From: an uncultured bacterium
GTDB taxonomy: Bacteria > Babelota > Babeliae > Babelales > Babelaceae
Direction of reading: 5' to 3'
Assembly (NCBI GenBank): GCA_963846705.1
Contig: CAWJWZ010000001.1
Location: forward strand, 73,922 to 137,921
Length of the DNA: 64,000 nucleotides
A program made the translations under genes and the position numbers. The first letter of the stretch is position 1; each line of letters starts with the position of its first letter. The notes under the pieces were generated by a model. That model saw only the letters and a list, made by a program, of their open reading frames with translations. It did not search any database and was not told where the DNA came from. Positions 49,092 through 58,512 of the stretch are shown one piece after another.

Positions 49092-50039
49092 GTGAAGAAG
49101 TATGACATAACTAATAGAGTAAAAAAAAGAGTTACTATACATGCTGTTTTTTCTTGTTTACAATTATATACAGTAAGAACAGACTATTACGCAATGAGAA
49201 TTCCTATGCCTTCTCTTATTTTCATACATTATTATCTTTTATATATTAATTTATTTTTATTACCGATATTTTTGTGTGCTGTTACGTATGAACAGCAGCA
49301 ACAAGCAATTAGTTTGCGTCATGCTCGAAGACCAATTTATGAATCTACTAACGAGCTAGAAGATATATCAAACTTTGAGTATACATGGTTTTCTGATAAC
49401 TATTTAGCTTCTTCACATATAAGTACCTTGCATGAGGCAATAATAGTACAAGATTATAAAGCTATTGAGCGAATTATTCAAAATAATCCTTTGGCAGTAC
49501 ATAGCAAAAACTGTCAAGGAGATACACCTTTGCATGTTGCTATGCAACAGAGTAATGCTAAAGTTATATTATTATTATTAAAAGCTAGAGCAGATTACTA
49601 CGCACGTAATAATCAAAATATAACTCCCCTACAAATTGCTCGTAATAGTAAAAATAAGTATTTGCGCAGATTATTGTGCAAATTTATAAAACTTAAACGC
49701 AAAGTATATAAAACAAGTATATATGCGTCGTTACGTGAAAAAAAAGTGCTTGCAACAAGATCACCACTCATTCAATATCTACGCAATGCAAATGGTAATA
49801 CGCCATTGCATCAAGCAATTATTAATAACGATATTGATTTTATTCTCTATCTTGTAAGTAAATATCCAGAGCTTATAGCAGTTTATAATAACCATGGTCA
49901 TACACCTGTATGGTACGCAATTACGTATGCGCAAAATAATTATGCTATACTAAGATTATTATTTAAAATAGCAGGTGACCCGCTGGTATTTTCTACGCCA
50001 AAACATGCGTGGCCTTTACCTCTGTTACCGGTGCCGTAA
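49092..50039 (+). CDS. Ankyrin-repeat protein with N-terminal hydrophobic leader
   Basis: 315 aa. Real start possibly the internal Met (MRIPMPSLIFI...). ANK units GDTPLHVAMQQ, GNTPLHQAIIN. Confidence 0.8.
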   Translation: MKKYDITNRVKKRVTIHAVFSCLQLYTVRTDYYAMRIPMPSLIFIHYYLLYINLFLLPIFLCAVTYEQQQQAISLRHARRPIYESTNELEDISNFEYTWFSDNYLASSHISTLHEAIIVQDYKAIERIIQNNPLAVHSKNCQGDTPLHVAMQQSNAKVILLLLKARADYYARNNQNITPLQIARNSKNKYLRRLLCKFIKLKRKVYKTSIYASLREKKVLATRSPLIQYLRNANGNTPLHQAIINNDIDFILYLVSKYPELIAVYNNHGHTPVWYAITYAQNNYAILRLLFKIAGDPLVFSTPKHAWPLPLLPVP

Positions 50040-50107
50040 GAATACCTTCTTGTTTTTAATCCTAGTATTGCATATACTACAAAATTAAAGTACCTAAAAT
50101 AAAGTGT

Positions 50108-50524
50108 ATGCGCCTGAAAATAGTGCTGTGTAGTATAGTATCTTTTACTAGTATACAAGCCAAATTTATAGCACTTACTAGCTTGACAGAAGACCCTACA
50201 AAGGGTACTTATATTTTTCAGGCGTTACTTAAAGACCGTAAAAAATTTACTGTTGCTTTTTTTGCACCGGTCTCATGTACGTATTGTCTGTTAAAAGAAT
50301 TATTTTATAATCAAGCAACGCTATCGTTTATGCGCTTTTGCTCTGGTAAAGTGCATTTTATATCTGTTAACACACAGCACTATCCTGAGATTGCTACATT
50401 TTATACTATTAAGACAACACCAGTACTTGTATATTATAGTAACGGCAAAGAAGTATATCGATCCTATAGTGCACCTACACTTACCAGTCTACGACACACG
50501 GTACGGCGCTATTTCGGAATTTAA
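50108..50524 (+). CDS. Exported thioredoxin-fold protein (CTYC active-site variant)
   Basis: 138 aa. Signal peptide. FAPVSCTYC in the position of WCGPC. Paralogous to the next ORF. Confidence 0.55.
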   Translation: MRLKIVLCSIVSFTSIQAKFIALTSLTEDPTKGTYIFQALLKDRKKFTVAFFAPVSCTYCLLKELFYNQATLSFMRFCSGKVHFISVNTQHYPEIATFYTIKTTPVLVYYSNGKEVYRSYSAPTLTSLRHTVRRYFGI

Positions 50525-50532
50525 TTTTATCT

Positions 50533-50976
50533 ATGAGGTTTTTAATTATGAAAATACTACACTCTATAACAATAGCAGTTTTAAGCCTTAATCTACTGAT
50601 AAATGCTCTTTCTGCAAACGTTATATATTTTACTACCGCAGCTGCTGGAAAAGACCCTTTTGCTCTCTTTGAGTACTATACAAAGCAAACAACACATGCT
50701 ACTCTTGTACGCTATACAGCATCATGGTGTGGAACATGTAATAATACTAAAGCGCAGTTTGAGAAGCTTGCTCAAGAGTTTAAAGCTGCAGCAATTACTT
50801 TTATTGAAATTGATTATTCTCTTTTTAAAAATCTTGCCGATAAACAAGGAATACATAGCCTACCGACTTATGTGTATTATAAAAATGGCAGTAAAATTTT
50901 AAGTCATGGATCACCTACGAATTCTACTACATATTCTACACTTAAGAATAATATTAAAAAATATTTTAATAGTTAA
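50533..50976 (+). CDS. Exported thioredoxin-like protein (WCGTC)
   Basis: 147 aa. Signal peptide. YTASWCGTCNNTKAQFEKLAQEF...LPTYVYYKNG. Confidence 0.7.
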   Translation: MRFLIMKILHSITIAVLSLNLLINALSANVIYFTTAAAGKDPFALFEYYTKQTTHATLVRYTASWCGTCNNTKAQFEKLAQEFKAAAITFIEIDYSLFKNLADKQGIHSLPTYVYYKNGSKILSHGSPTNSTTYSTLKNNIKKYFNS

Positions 50977-51006
50977 AAAATAGGGGAAAGAATTTCCCCT
51001 ATTTTT
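50976..51006. terminator. Bidirectional rho-independent terminator (perfect 14-bp stem, 3-nt loop)
   Basis: aaaaataggggaaa (50976-50989), loop gaa, tttcccctattttt (50993-51006). Overlaps the stop codons of the convergent trx-like gene and nrdB. Confidence 0.7.
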
Positions 51007-52003
51007 AATCCCACTGTAGTGCACCTGCAATTTGATATTCTGTTACGCGTGTCTCAAAGAAATTTTTCTCTTTTGTTAAATCAGTAGCTTGTGACATCCA
51101 GCTAAACGGATTCTCTTTAAAAAATTGACGTGGCAATCCAATGCGCTCAAGGCGACGATCGGCTATATACTCTACATAGTCAGAAAATTGCCGAGCATTC
51201 ATACCAAGTAAGCCATTAGGACATGCGTCATAAGCATACCGTTTTTCAAGTTCAACTGCCTTATGGATAAGAGCTACTATTTCTTCCTGAAATTCAAACG
51301 TCCAAATAATAGGATTTTCAGCAACAATAGTATTAATTAGGTCGCTGCCAAACGCCAAATGTAAACTTTCATCACGCATAATATATTCAAATTGTTGGCC
51401 AACTCCTACCATCTTATTATGACGCTTAAGCGCAAGCATCATAGCAAAGCCGGCATAAAAGAAAATTCCTTCCATAATAACATAGTAGCCAACAAGATCA
51501 TGAATAAAGCGTTTAATATTTTCTGGCCCTTCTGGTATAAAATGAGGATCTAAAATTGCAGAGGTTAAATGCACTACAAAATCATCTTTATCTTTAATAG
51601 ATGGTATTGTAAGATACATGGTGTAAATTTCATCCGGATTTAATCCTAATGTATCACAACAATAGATAAACGTATCTGTATGAATTGCTTCTTCAAACGC
51701 TTGTCGCAAAAGATATTGGCGACATTCTGGATTAGTAACATGTCGATATACCGCAAGCACTAAGTTATTGGCAGTAAGAGATTCTGCTGTTGCGAAAAAA
51801 CCAAGGTTCCATAAAATTAAACGTCGCTCTGCACCCGAAAGCAGCTGTGCAGACTTCCATTGCTCTACATCATGCTGCATAGGTATTTCTTCAGGTGTCC
51901 AATTATTAGCAACGCTATCTTTATAGTGTTGGCGGGCCCATGGATAATGAAGCGGTAATATTTTATTAGGATCAGTTTTTGCATTATTATTAATAATTGC
52001 CAT
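51005..52003 (-). CDS. nrdB: Ribonucleoside-diphosphate reductase beta subunit (class Ia)
   Basis: 332 aa. Di-iron/tyrosyl-radical ligand pattern (EAIHTD..., ...EGIFFYAGF..., RDESLHLAFG). Confidence 0.9.
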   Translation of the reverse strand: MAIINNNAKTDPNKILPLHYPWARQHYKDSVANNWTPEEIPMQHDVEQWKSAQLLSGAERRLILWNLGFFATAESLTANNLVLAVYRHVTNPECRQYLLRQAFEEAIHTDTFIYCCDTLGLNPDEIYTMYLTIPSIKDKDDFVVHLTSAILDPHFIPEGPENIKRFIHDLVGYYVIMEGIFFYAGFAMMLALKRHNKMVGVGQQFEYIMRDESLHLAFGSDLINTIVAENPIIWTFEFQEEIVALIHKAVELEKRYAYDACPNGLLGMNARQFSDYVEYIADRRLERIGLPRQFFKENPFSWMSQATDLTKEKNFFETRVTEYQIAGALQWD

Positions 52004-52020
52004 ATGCCACCTTTATAAAG

Positions 52021-54483
52021 TTATTGACATGATTCACATGTCTGATCATCAAGATTACATGCTTGCTGTTCACGCCCATCTGGGGACTCTTGTGTTGAAG
52101 TAATATCAAACACATACGAACGTTTTTGTGTAAAACCAAACTGAGCTGCATCCAATGTTGATTTTTCTATCTGACTTGCAGCCAGCGTGCGCAAATAATA
52201 CAATGTTTTAAGGCCACACCGCCATGCAGTAAAATAAATATCATGTAATTTTTTTCCAGAAGTACCGCGCATAAAAATATTATGCGATTGACTTTGATCT
52301 ATCCATTTACCTCGTACAGCAGTAATACGTATAAGCCATTCAGGATCTAATTCAAATGCTGTTTTATACTTATTTTTAATTGAAGCAGGTAATACTGCTA
52401 TGTTTGCTAAATCTCCATCGTAATACTTAATTTGGTCAAGCATATTTTGGGACCACAAACTCAATTTTTTAAGCTCATCTACTAAATAGTGATTAATTAT
52501 AGTAAATTCACCACAAATATTTGCTTTAACATATATATTTTTAAATATTGGCTCAATAGATGGGTAACATCCTGCAATATTAGAAATAGTAGCAGTTGGC
52601 GCTACCGCCATTACATTAGAGTTACGCATACCATATTGACGTACTTTTTCTTTAAGCCCTTTCCAGTTTTGAGTACTTGTACGTGAAACATCTATAGTAA
52701 CCCCCCGCTCCTGTTCTAATAAGCCAATAGTATCAAGAGGAAAAATACCGCGGTCCCATTTAGAACCATAATACGAACTATATACACCACGTTCACGAGC
52801 AAGATCGCAAGATGCATCAATAGCATAATATGCTACGTATTCTCCTAAATTATCAGCAAGCTCGAGTGCTCGTGCATCATCAAAAGGTATATTTAGCTTA
52901 AAAAGTACATCTTGAAAGCCCATGATACCGAGTCCGATAGGCCGATGCTTACTATTAGATGTCTGCGCTTCAACCGTTGGATAAAAATTCAGATCAATAA
53001 CATTATCAAGCATACGAACGGCTGTTTTAATCGTAGATCGCAGTAATTCTGTATTAAGCTTTCCATCAGACACATGACGTGATAAATTAAGAGATCCTAA
53101 ATTACAGACTGCTGTCTCTTGAGCACTCGTATTTAAAGTAACTTCTGTACATAAATTAGAACTATGTATGACACCTGCGTGATCTTGTGGTGAACGAATA
53201 TTACAGGGATCTTTAAATGTTATCCAAGGATGACCAGTTTCAAATAACCTACTGAGCATTTTACGCCACAGTTGTTGCGCAGAAATTACTTTATATTGGC
53301 GTAGTTTACCTGATTGTGCTTGTAGTTCATATTCTTGATACGTTTTTTCGAATGCACGTCCATAAATATGATGAAGATCAGGGGCTTCTTCAGGAGAAAA
53401 AAGTGTCCAAGTCCCATCTTCTTGTACCCGTTTCATAAAAAGATCTGGTACCCATACTGCCGTATTCATATCATGGGTACGACGGCGCTCGTCACCGGTA
53501 TTACGTCGTAAATCTAAAAAATCTTCTATATCAAAATGCCATACTTCAAGATAGACACACGTTCCACCCCGTCGAATACCGGTCTTTGTAATGGCAACGA
53601 CTATATCGTTAGCTATTTTTAAAAATGGAACAACACCTTGACTGGTAGCTTTTATACTTTTAACACGTGATCCTGTGGCTCGTATATTTGTCCAATCAGT
53701 ACCTATACCACCTGCCCATTTTGCCAACTGTGCATTATCACCAAGACACTTAAAAATATGATGTAAATCGTCTTCAATAGTAGTTAAAAAGCACGAACTT
53801 AATTGCGCAATAGGAAATCCTGCATGAAATAACGTTGGTGTTGAAGGGGTATATCGCAATGTTGAAAGTACTTCATAAAACTCACGTGCACACTGATCTT
53901 TATTTGCTTCTTGCAACGCAAGCCCCATTGCTATACGCATCCAAAATAGTTGCGGAAGCTCTACTCGTCGATTATCAATTTTTAGTAAATAACGCTCATA
54001 TAACGTAAAAAGACCTACATAGCCCAAAAGAGCATCACGTTCAGGGCAAAGCACTTGTGCTAAATACTCTAAATCAAACGTAAGCATACGCGCATCAAGC
54101 AAATGAGCTTCTACACCGCTCGTAATAGCCCTTTTAAAAGCAGTCTTATATTCTTCTGCTGTTATTACTTTATGCGTTGGTATGACCTCTTTTCTAAGCT
54201 TTTGCAATAATAATCGCGCTGCTATTACAGCATAATCAGGATCCTTTTCGATACAGGCAGCAGCAGCAAGCATCATTGCTTTTTCTATATCTTCAGTAGT
54301 AATACCATCAAATATAGTTTTTACTACTTCTTGTACAAGCAAATCAGTAGATAGAGATAAGTCATATCCTTGTGTAGCCTGCTCTATAGTACGTCGTATT
54401 TTATCTATATCTAAAGCAGTCTGTATACCATTCCGTTTGACAACGCATAACCCCTCAAAAGAACTTTTCTGGCTTCCTATCAT
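52021..54483 (-). CDS. nrdA: Ribonucleoside-diphosphate reductase alpha subunit (class Ia)
   Basis: 820 aa. N-terminal ATP-cone (VVKRNGIQTALDIDKIRRTIEQA). Catalytic NLCTEV. C-terminal Cys pair CESCQ. Confidence 0.95.
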   Translation of the reverse strand: MIGSQKSSFEGLCVVKRNGIQTALDIDKIRRTIEQATQGYDLSLSTDLLVQEVVKTIFDGITTEDIEKAMMLAAAACIEKDPDYAVIAARLLLQKLRKEVIPTHKVITAEEYKTAFKRAITSGVEAHLLDARMLTFDLEYLAQVLCPERDALLGYVGLFTLYERYLLKIDNRRVELPQLFWMRIAMGLALQEANKDQCAREFYEVLSTLRYTPSTPTLFHAGFPIAQLSSCFLTTIEDDLHHIFKCLGDNAQLAKWAGGIGTDWTNIRATGSRVKSIKATSQGVVPFLKIANDIVVAITKTGIRRGGTCVYLEVWHFDIEDFLDLRRNTGDERRRTHDMNTAVWVPDLFMKRVQEDGTWTLFSPEEAPDLHHIYGRAFEKTYQEYELQAQSGKLRQYKVISAQQLWRKMLSRLFETGHPWITFKDPCNIRSPQDHAGVIHSSNLCTEVTLNTSAQETAVCNLGSLNLSRHVSDGKLNTELLRSTIKTAVRMLDNVIDLNFYPTVEAQTSNSKHRPIGLGIMGFQDVLFKLNIPFDDARALELADNLGEYVAYYAIDASCDLARERGVYSSYYGSKWDRGIFPLDTIGLLEQERGVTIDVSRTSTQNWKGLKEKVRQYGMRNSNVMAVAPTATISNIAGCYPSIEPIFKNIYVKANICGEFTIINHYLVDELKKLSLWSQNMLDQIKYYDGDLANIAVLPASIKNKYKTAFELDPEWLIRITAVRGKWIDQSQSHNIFMRGTSGKKLHDIYFTAWRCGLKTLYYLRTLAASQIEKSTLDAAQFGFTQKRSYVFDITSTQESPDGREQQACNLDDQTCESCQ

Positions 54484-54533
54484 ACCTATAACTCCGATAC
54501 AAACAAGAACCCATAAAGCTTATACTTCTCTCT

Positions 54534-54559
54534 AAAAAGTATACTCTTTGAGAGCTCTC
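54534..54559. promoter_or_regulatory. Near-palindromes upstream of nrdA (aaaaagtatactcttt and gagagctctc); candidate operator
   Basis: Read directly, 50-75 nt upstream of the nrdA start on the minus strand. Centre agtatact is self-complementary. Resemblance to an NrdR box is weak. Confidence 0.25.
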
Positions 54560-54811
54560 AATTTATAAAATATTTTCTATTTTGATTTTTTTATATTGAA
54601 CTATCGTATACCTACTTTAGCAGGTTATGCTTTTATTTTCAATTAAAATTCATAATACATTTTAGTTCATAAAGATAGTATTTTTTTAAAGGACAATAAG
54701 TATCTATAATTCAGATTGTAACAATAATTATAAAACCCTTGCTTTTGACGCAATGGTACTCTTAAGCTACACTAAAATAGTTTTACTAACTCTAAAACCT
54801 TAGGGGGAATT

Positions 54812-55483
54812 ATGAAATGTTCACTTCGTTTAAAGCAACTAGGAGCAGGACTCTCGCTAGTACTTTTACTGGTCCCGTTTGGTATCTATGCGGATAAACC
54901 TCACACTGGTAGCTCTACCAGTAAGAGTAGTACTCAAGAAGAATATCCTGATGTTGTTAATATTCGTACTCAAGAAGAATTTGATAAAGAAGTACTACAA
55001 AGCTCTGTACCAGTAGCAGTTAAATACTATGCAGATTGGTGTGGAGCTTGTACGTGGATTGCAGGCACGTATGGTAACTGTGCTACAAAATATAAAGGCA
55101 AAATAAAATTAGCTGCTATTTCTACCGAAGATAGTCCTGAGCTTGCCAAAGGCATCAAAGGACTTCCAACATTTGCTTTTTATAAAGATGGCAAAAAGGT
55201 AACTGACGATTTAGTGGGGGCAACAAAAGAATTTGAAACAGTACTTCTAGCATATTTAGGAAGTAATAATAAATTTACTCGTACAACCGTCGCAAAAACA
55301 GATACAACTTCTACTGAAAAAGAGAAGCAATCTACCTCTACACCACGTGTAGCACTTAAAAAAGAAAAGCCTCACGCTAAAACTGTTACTACGGCAAAAG
55401 CACCACGTAGAAACAAGACAGCTTCATCAAGAACAGTCACTGCATGTTCTTCAACAAATACTTCTCGTACAACACGCGCGTAA
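54812..55483 (+). CDS. Exported thioredoxin-like protein (WCGAC) with long Thr/Ser/Lys-rich C-terminal tail
   Basis: 223 aa. Signal peptide LSLVLLLVPFGIYA. YADWCGACTW...LPTFAFYKDG. The ~80-aa tail is low-complexity. Confidence 0.7.
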   Translation: MKCSLRLKQLGAGLSLVLLLVPFGIYADKPHTGSSTSKSSTQEEYPDVVNIRTQEEFDKEVLQSSVPVAVKYYADWCGACTWIAGTYGNCATKYKGKIKLAAISTEDSPELAKGIKGLPTFAFYKDGKKVTDDLVGATKEFETVLLAYLGSNNKFTRTTVAKTDTTSTEKEKQSTSTPRVALKKEKPHAKTVTTAKAPRRNKTASSRTVTACSSTNTSRTTRA

Positions 55484-55503
55484 ACAGTATATAAACACTG
55501 TAT

Positions 55504-55525
55504 GGTGAGAGTTAACACTCTCACC
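55504..55525. terminator. Bidirectional hairpin terminator (ggtgagagt taac actctcacc)
   Basis: 9-bp stem with 4-nt loop between convergent genes ending at 55483 and 55528. Confidence 0.55.
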
Positions 55526-55527
55526 CC

Positions 55528-56775
55528 TTATTCATGTTCGTAGATAATATGCGGTTCAGGAGTATATAAAAAAACTGAGCGAGCTTTTTGAAAAAAATTA
55601 GTAAGATCACTATTAATCTTACGCACTGCATCTTTATAAGAACGAGCATTACCTACCAACTGCTCAAAACAAATTCCCAGTGCTTTATCAAGCATGGCAC
55701 TAGAGTGTAGCACAACACCATGAGTAGTAAAAAAGCTATACAGTGCTCGTATTGTTCGTATACTAGGACAAGTATTAATATCAGGGATAGCAATCTTAAG
55801 CCCTTGATAATATATCTTTTTACGTTCACTATAATAACTCAGCAACATACTCTCTATAGAAAATTCTTGCAGTATCCTTTGTAGTTCTGTCCAAAACTGA
55901 ATACTTATGCGCTGCTCACGAGGAAGTGCAATGCATTGAAATGGCATACTAGTTCCTACCCCAACATCAAGGGGAGTTAACTCCCCCATTAGTCCAAGAA
56001 AACTATACCCTAAACATGAAATATACGTCGGGATATTAGGTGATAATGGTGCAAGCCATGGGCTAATCTTTTGACCACGCTGATACCCATTAAGCTGAAT
56101 TACCGCTACATTAACAGTATTATCTAAGAGATACCTATTATAATACCGTGCAAGCTCGCCCATAGTCATACCATAACGCACTGGTATAGAAACATATGAA
56201 ATAAAAGAAGTAAGACTAGGATCTACTAAAGGACCCTCCATGCGCATACCTAAAGGGTTCGGTCTATCGAGCACTACCACCGGTTTACCTAGCTTTGCTG
56301 CACTATACAGTATATCGTACAGCGTAGAAATATACGTATAATGCCGCATACCGGCATCTTGCAGATCAAACATCAAAATATCAAATGCTTCTTTATAGCG
56401 TGCTATGCACCGTAAACGGCCTTCTTTACCGCTATACTGTTTATTATACAGGCTTACTACTGGAACACTGGTTTTTGCATCACGTCCTGAAGCAACATGT
56501 TCTCCTGCGGGCACATTGCCGTCAAGTCCATGCTCTGGTACAAAGATTACCGTTACGGTAAACCCTTTATCACGTAAAACAGTAACAGTACTTTGTCCCA
56601 GACTATTCTTGCCTGTTTGATTAGTAACAACACCTACTCTATATATTTTTTCTGTTTTTAGTAATTTCTGTACAAGACGTGGCGTTACTCTATCTATGCC
56701 AAGCTTATATGTATATATACCTACAGACCAAACAGCTAAAAAAATAATAAGTATACACATACATAATTTGTGCAT
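55528..56775 (-). CDS. DUF1343 / NamZ(YbbC)-like putative exo-acting muramidase/glycosidase
   Basis: 415 aa. N-terminal TM/signal. RVGVVTNQTGKN...FVPEHGLDG resembles the DUF1343 family signature. Assignment from memory of the motif only. Confidence 0.45.
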   Translation of the reverse strand: MHKLCMCILIIFLAVWSVGIYTYKLGIDRVTPRLVQKLLKTEKIYRVGVVTNQTGKNSLGQSTVTVLRDKGFTVTVIFVPEHGLDGNVPAGEHVASGRDAKTSVPVVSLYNKQYSGKEGRLRCIARYKEAFDILMFDLQDAGMRHYTYISTLYDILYSAAKLGKPVVVLDRPNPLGMRMEGPLVDPSLTSFISYVSIPVRYGMTMGELARYYNRYLLDNTVNVAVIQLNGYQRGQKISPWLAPLSPNIPTYISCLGYSFLGLMGELTPLDVGVGTSMPFQCIALPREQRISIQFWTELQRILQEFSIESMLLSYYSERKKIYYQGLKIAIPDINTCPSIRTIRALYSFFTTHGVVLHSSAMLDKALGICFEQLVGNARSYKDAVRKINSDLTNFFQKARSVFLYTPEPHIIYEHE

Positions 56776-56811
56776 ATTTATCCCTCTCCCCTTAGTCTAC
56801 CCCTTAATTAT

Positions 56812-58380
56812 TTATGCACGTATGCTTAATCGTAGTACCGTAAGATCATATGCTAAAAATATCAACCTATTAGCTAACATTTGCGTAGTTTCAATTGGCT
56901 GCTCTTTAGCTTCTTCTAGAATAGACTCAAGAGCTGGAACTTGAGAAGCATATGTTTCAGCACTGTTACCAGATTGATCTTTAATGCTCGTACTGGCGCC
57001 ATGTTTAATTAATAGTTCAATACTATTTTTAAGATCTTTTGCTGTATTTGAATCTAATTTACTCCCTGTATATAAGTCCCAATATTGCTTAACAGCATAT
57101 ATAAGAGCTGTTGCATTCCAATTATCTTGCATATTAACTTGGGCACCACTTTCAAGCAACAACTGTATCATTTCAGCATTCCCTTTTTGAGCAGCAGCCA
57201 TTAATGCTGTTTCGCCTCTTGCTCCTACCTTTTTATTTACATCAGCTCCTTTTTCAATAAGCATACGAGCAATGTTTAGATTATCCTTATCAACAGCACT
57301 AATTAAAGGTGTAGCACCCTTTACTAGTTGATTTACATCAACCTTACGATCGTCCAATAGCCAGCGGACTATTTCTTCATGACCGCTATCAATAGCTGCT
57401 TTTAGAGGAGTAATACCCTTTTTATCAGCTTCAATACTCGCTCCTTTAGTAACAAGTTTTTTGATAAATTCAACATCATCAAATTTTGCAATAGCTTCTA
57501 TAATTGGCGTTTTCCCTGCACTATCAGTCATATTTATATACTGACGAGTAGCAAGCTTTAATATAGTATCTCTTGATTCATCATTTAAAATAGCACGTAT
57601 AAGGGGATTAGTTGAAGCACGTGAAATAATATTCCACATATTATGATATTCAGGTACTTCACGAATAGTCGTTAATTGTGCTGCTGGTGTATGATAACTT
57701 CTATTTTCAATACTAGGATCTGCTCCTGCATCAACTAATAATTTCATAATTTCCAAAATTTGCTTAGAATCATCGCCCTCTTTCACTCTAATAACAATAT
57801 GCAATGCAGTATTACCATTTTTATCTTGCATATTTACTATCTCGGCTAATTTATTTTGCAGAGCTTGATGAGACAACAATGCTCTAACTCCAGTAACAAC
57901 CTTTTGATTTATAGTATGGCGTAATGCACGTATTAGAGCTGTCTCTTGGTTAGTACCAAACTTTTTACTGACATCTGCGTTCTTGTTAATGAGCCAGTTT
58001 ATTACCTTTTCATTGCCTGTTATCAGCGCGGCTGCAAGTGGTGTATAAGGATCGTATACTTCATCCTCTTTATTAATAGCTAAATCAGTTTTTTTAAGAA
58101 ATGCATTAATAACTTCAGGGTTTCCTTTTATTAAAGCTGCTATAAAGGACAATTGACCAAAACTGTCAGGCTTATCAAGATCCTGTGTATTAATCTTATT
58201 TAATAGCTGTATAATTTCATTAGCAGGTTCATTGTGAATAATTGCATTAATTAAACGATTATCAGAGCGAAGTGTATAGGAAAAAGTCTTAGGGTCATTA
58301 AAGATATCACCAGCCTTTAGCTTAATAGACAAACAGATCAAAAAAATAATAACTATTTTATAACATAGCTTCATATGCAA
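56812..58380 (-). CDS. Signal-peptide ankyrin-repeat protein, tandem duplicate A
   Basis: 522 aa. Paralogous over its full length to the next ORF (shared blocks GQLSFIAALIKGNPEVINAFLKK..., EDEVYDPYTPLAAA, VPALESILEEAKEQPIETTQMLAN). Confidence 0.85.
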   Translation of the reverse strand: MHMKLCYKIVIIFLICLSIKLKAGDIFNDPKTFSYTLRSDNRLINAIIHNEPANEIIQLLNKINTQDLDKPDSFGQLSFIAALIKGNPEVINAFLKKTDLAINKEDEVYDPYTPLAAALITGNEKVINWLINKNADVSKKFGTNQETALIRALRHTINQKVVTGVRALLSHQALQNKLAEIVNMQDKNGNTALHIVIRVKEGDDSKQILEIMKLLVDAGADPSIENRSYHTPAAQLTTIREVPEYHNMWNIISRASTNPLIRAILNDESRDTILKLATRQYINMTDSAGKTPIIEAIAKFDDVEFIKKLVTKGASIEADKKGITPLKAAIDSGHEEIVRWLLDDRKVDVNQLVKGATPLISAVDKDNLNIARMLIEKGADVNKKVGARGETALMAAAQKGNAEMIQLLLESGAQVNMQDNWNATALIYAVKQYWDLYTGSKLDSNTAKDLKNSIELLIKHGASTSIKDQSGNSAETYASQVPALESILEEAKEQPIETTQMLANRLIFLAYDLTVLRLSIRA

Positions 58381-58512
58381 ACTCTCTCTATAAACTTTCT
58401 ACTTGTATAGCAATATATTACTGCTATATTTTATAAAGCAAGAATATTGCAGAGAAAGCATATCTATCGTTACCAGTTACGTACTGTACTACTAAGATTA
58501 TTCCCTTATTAT

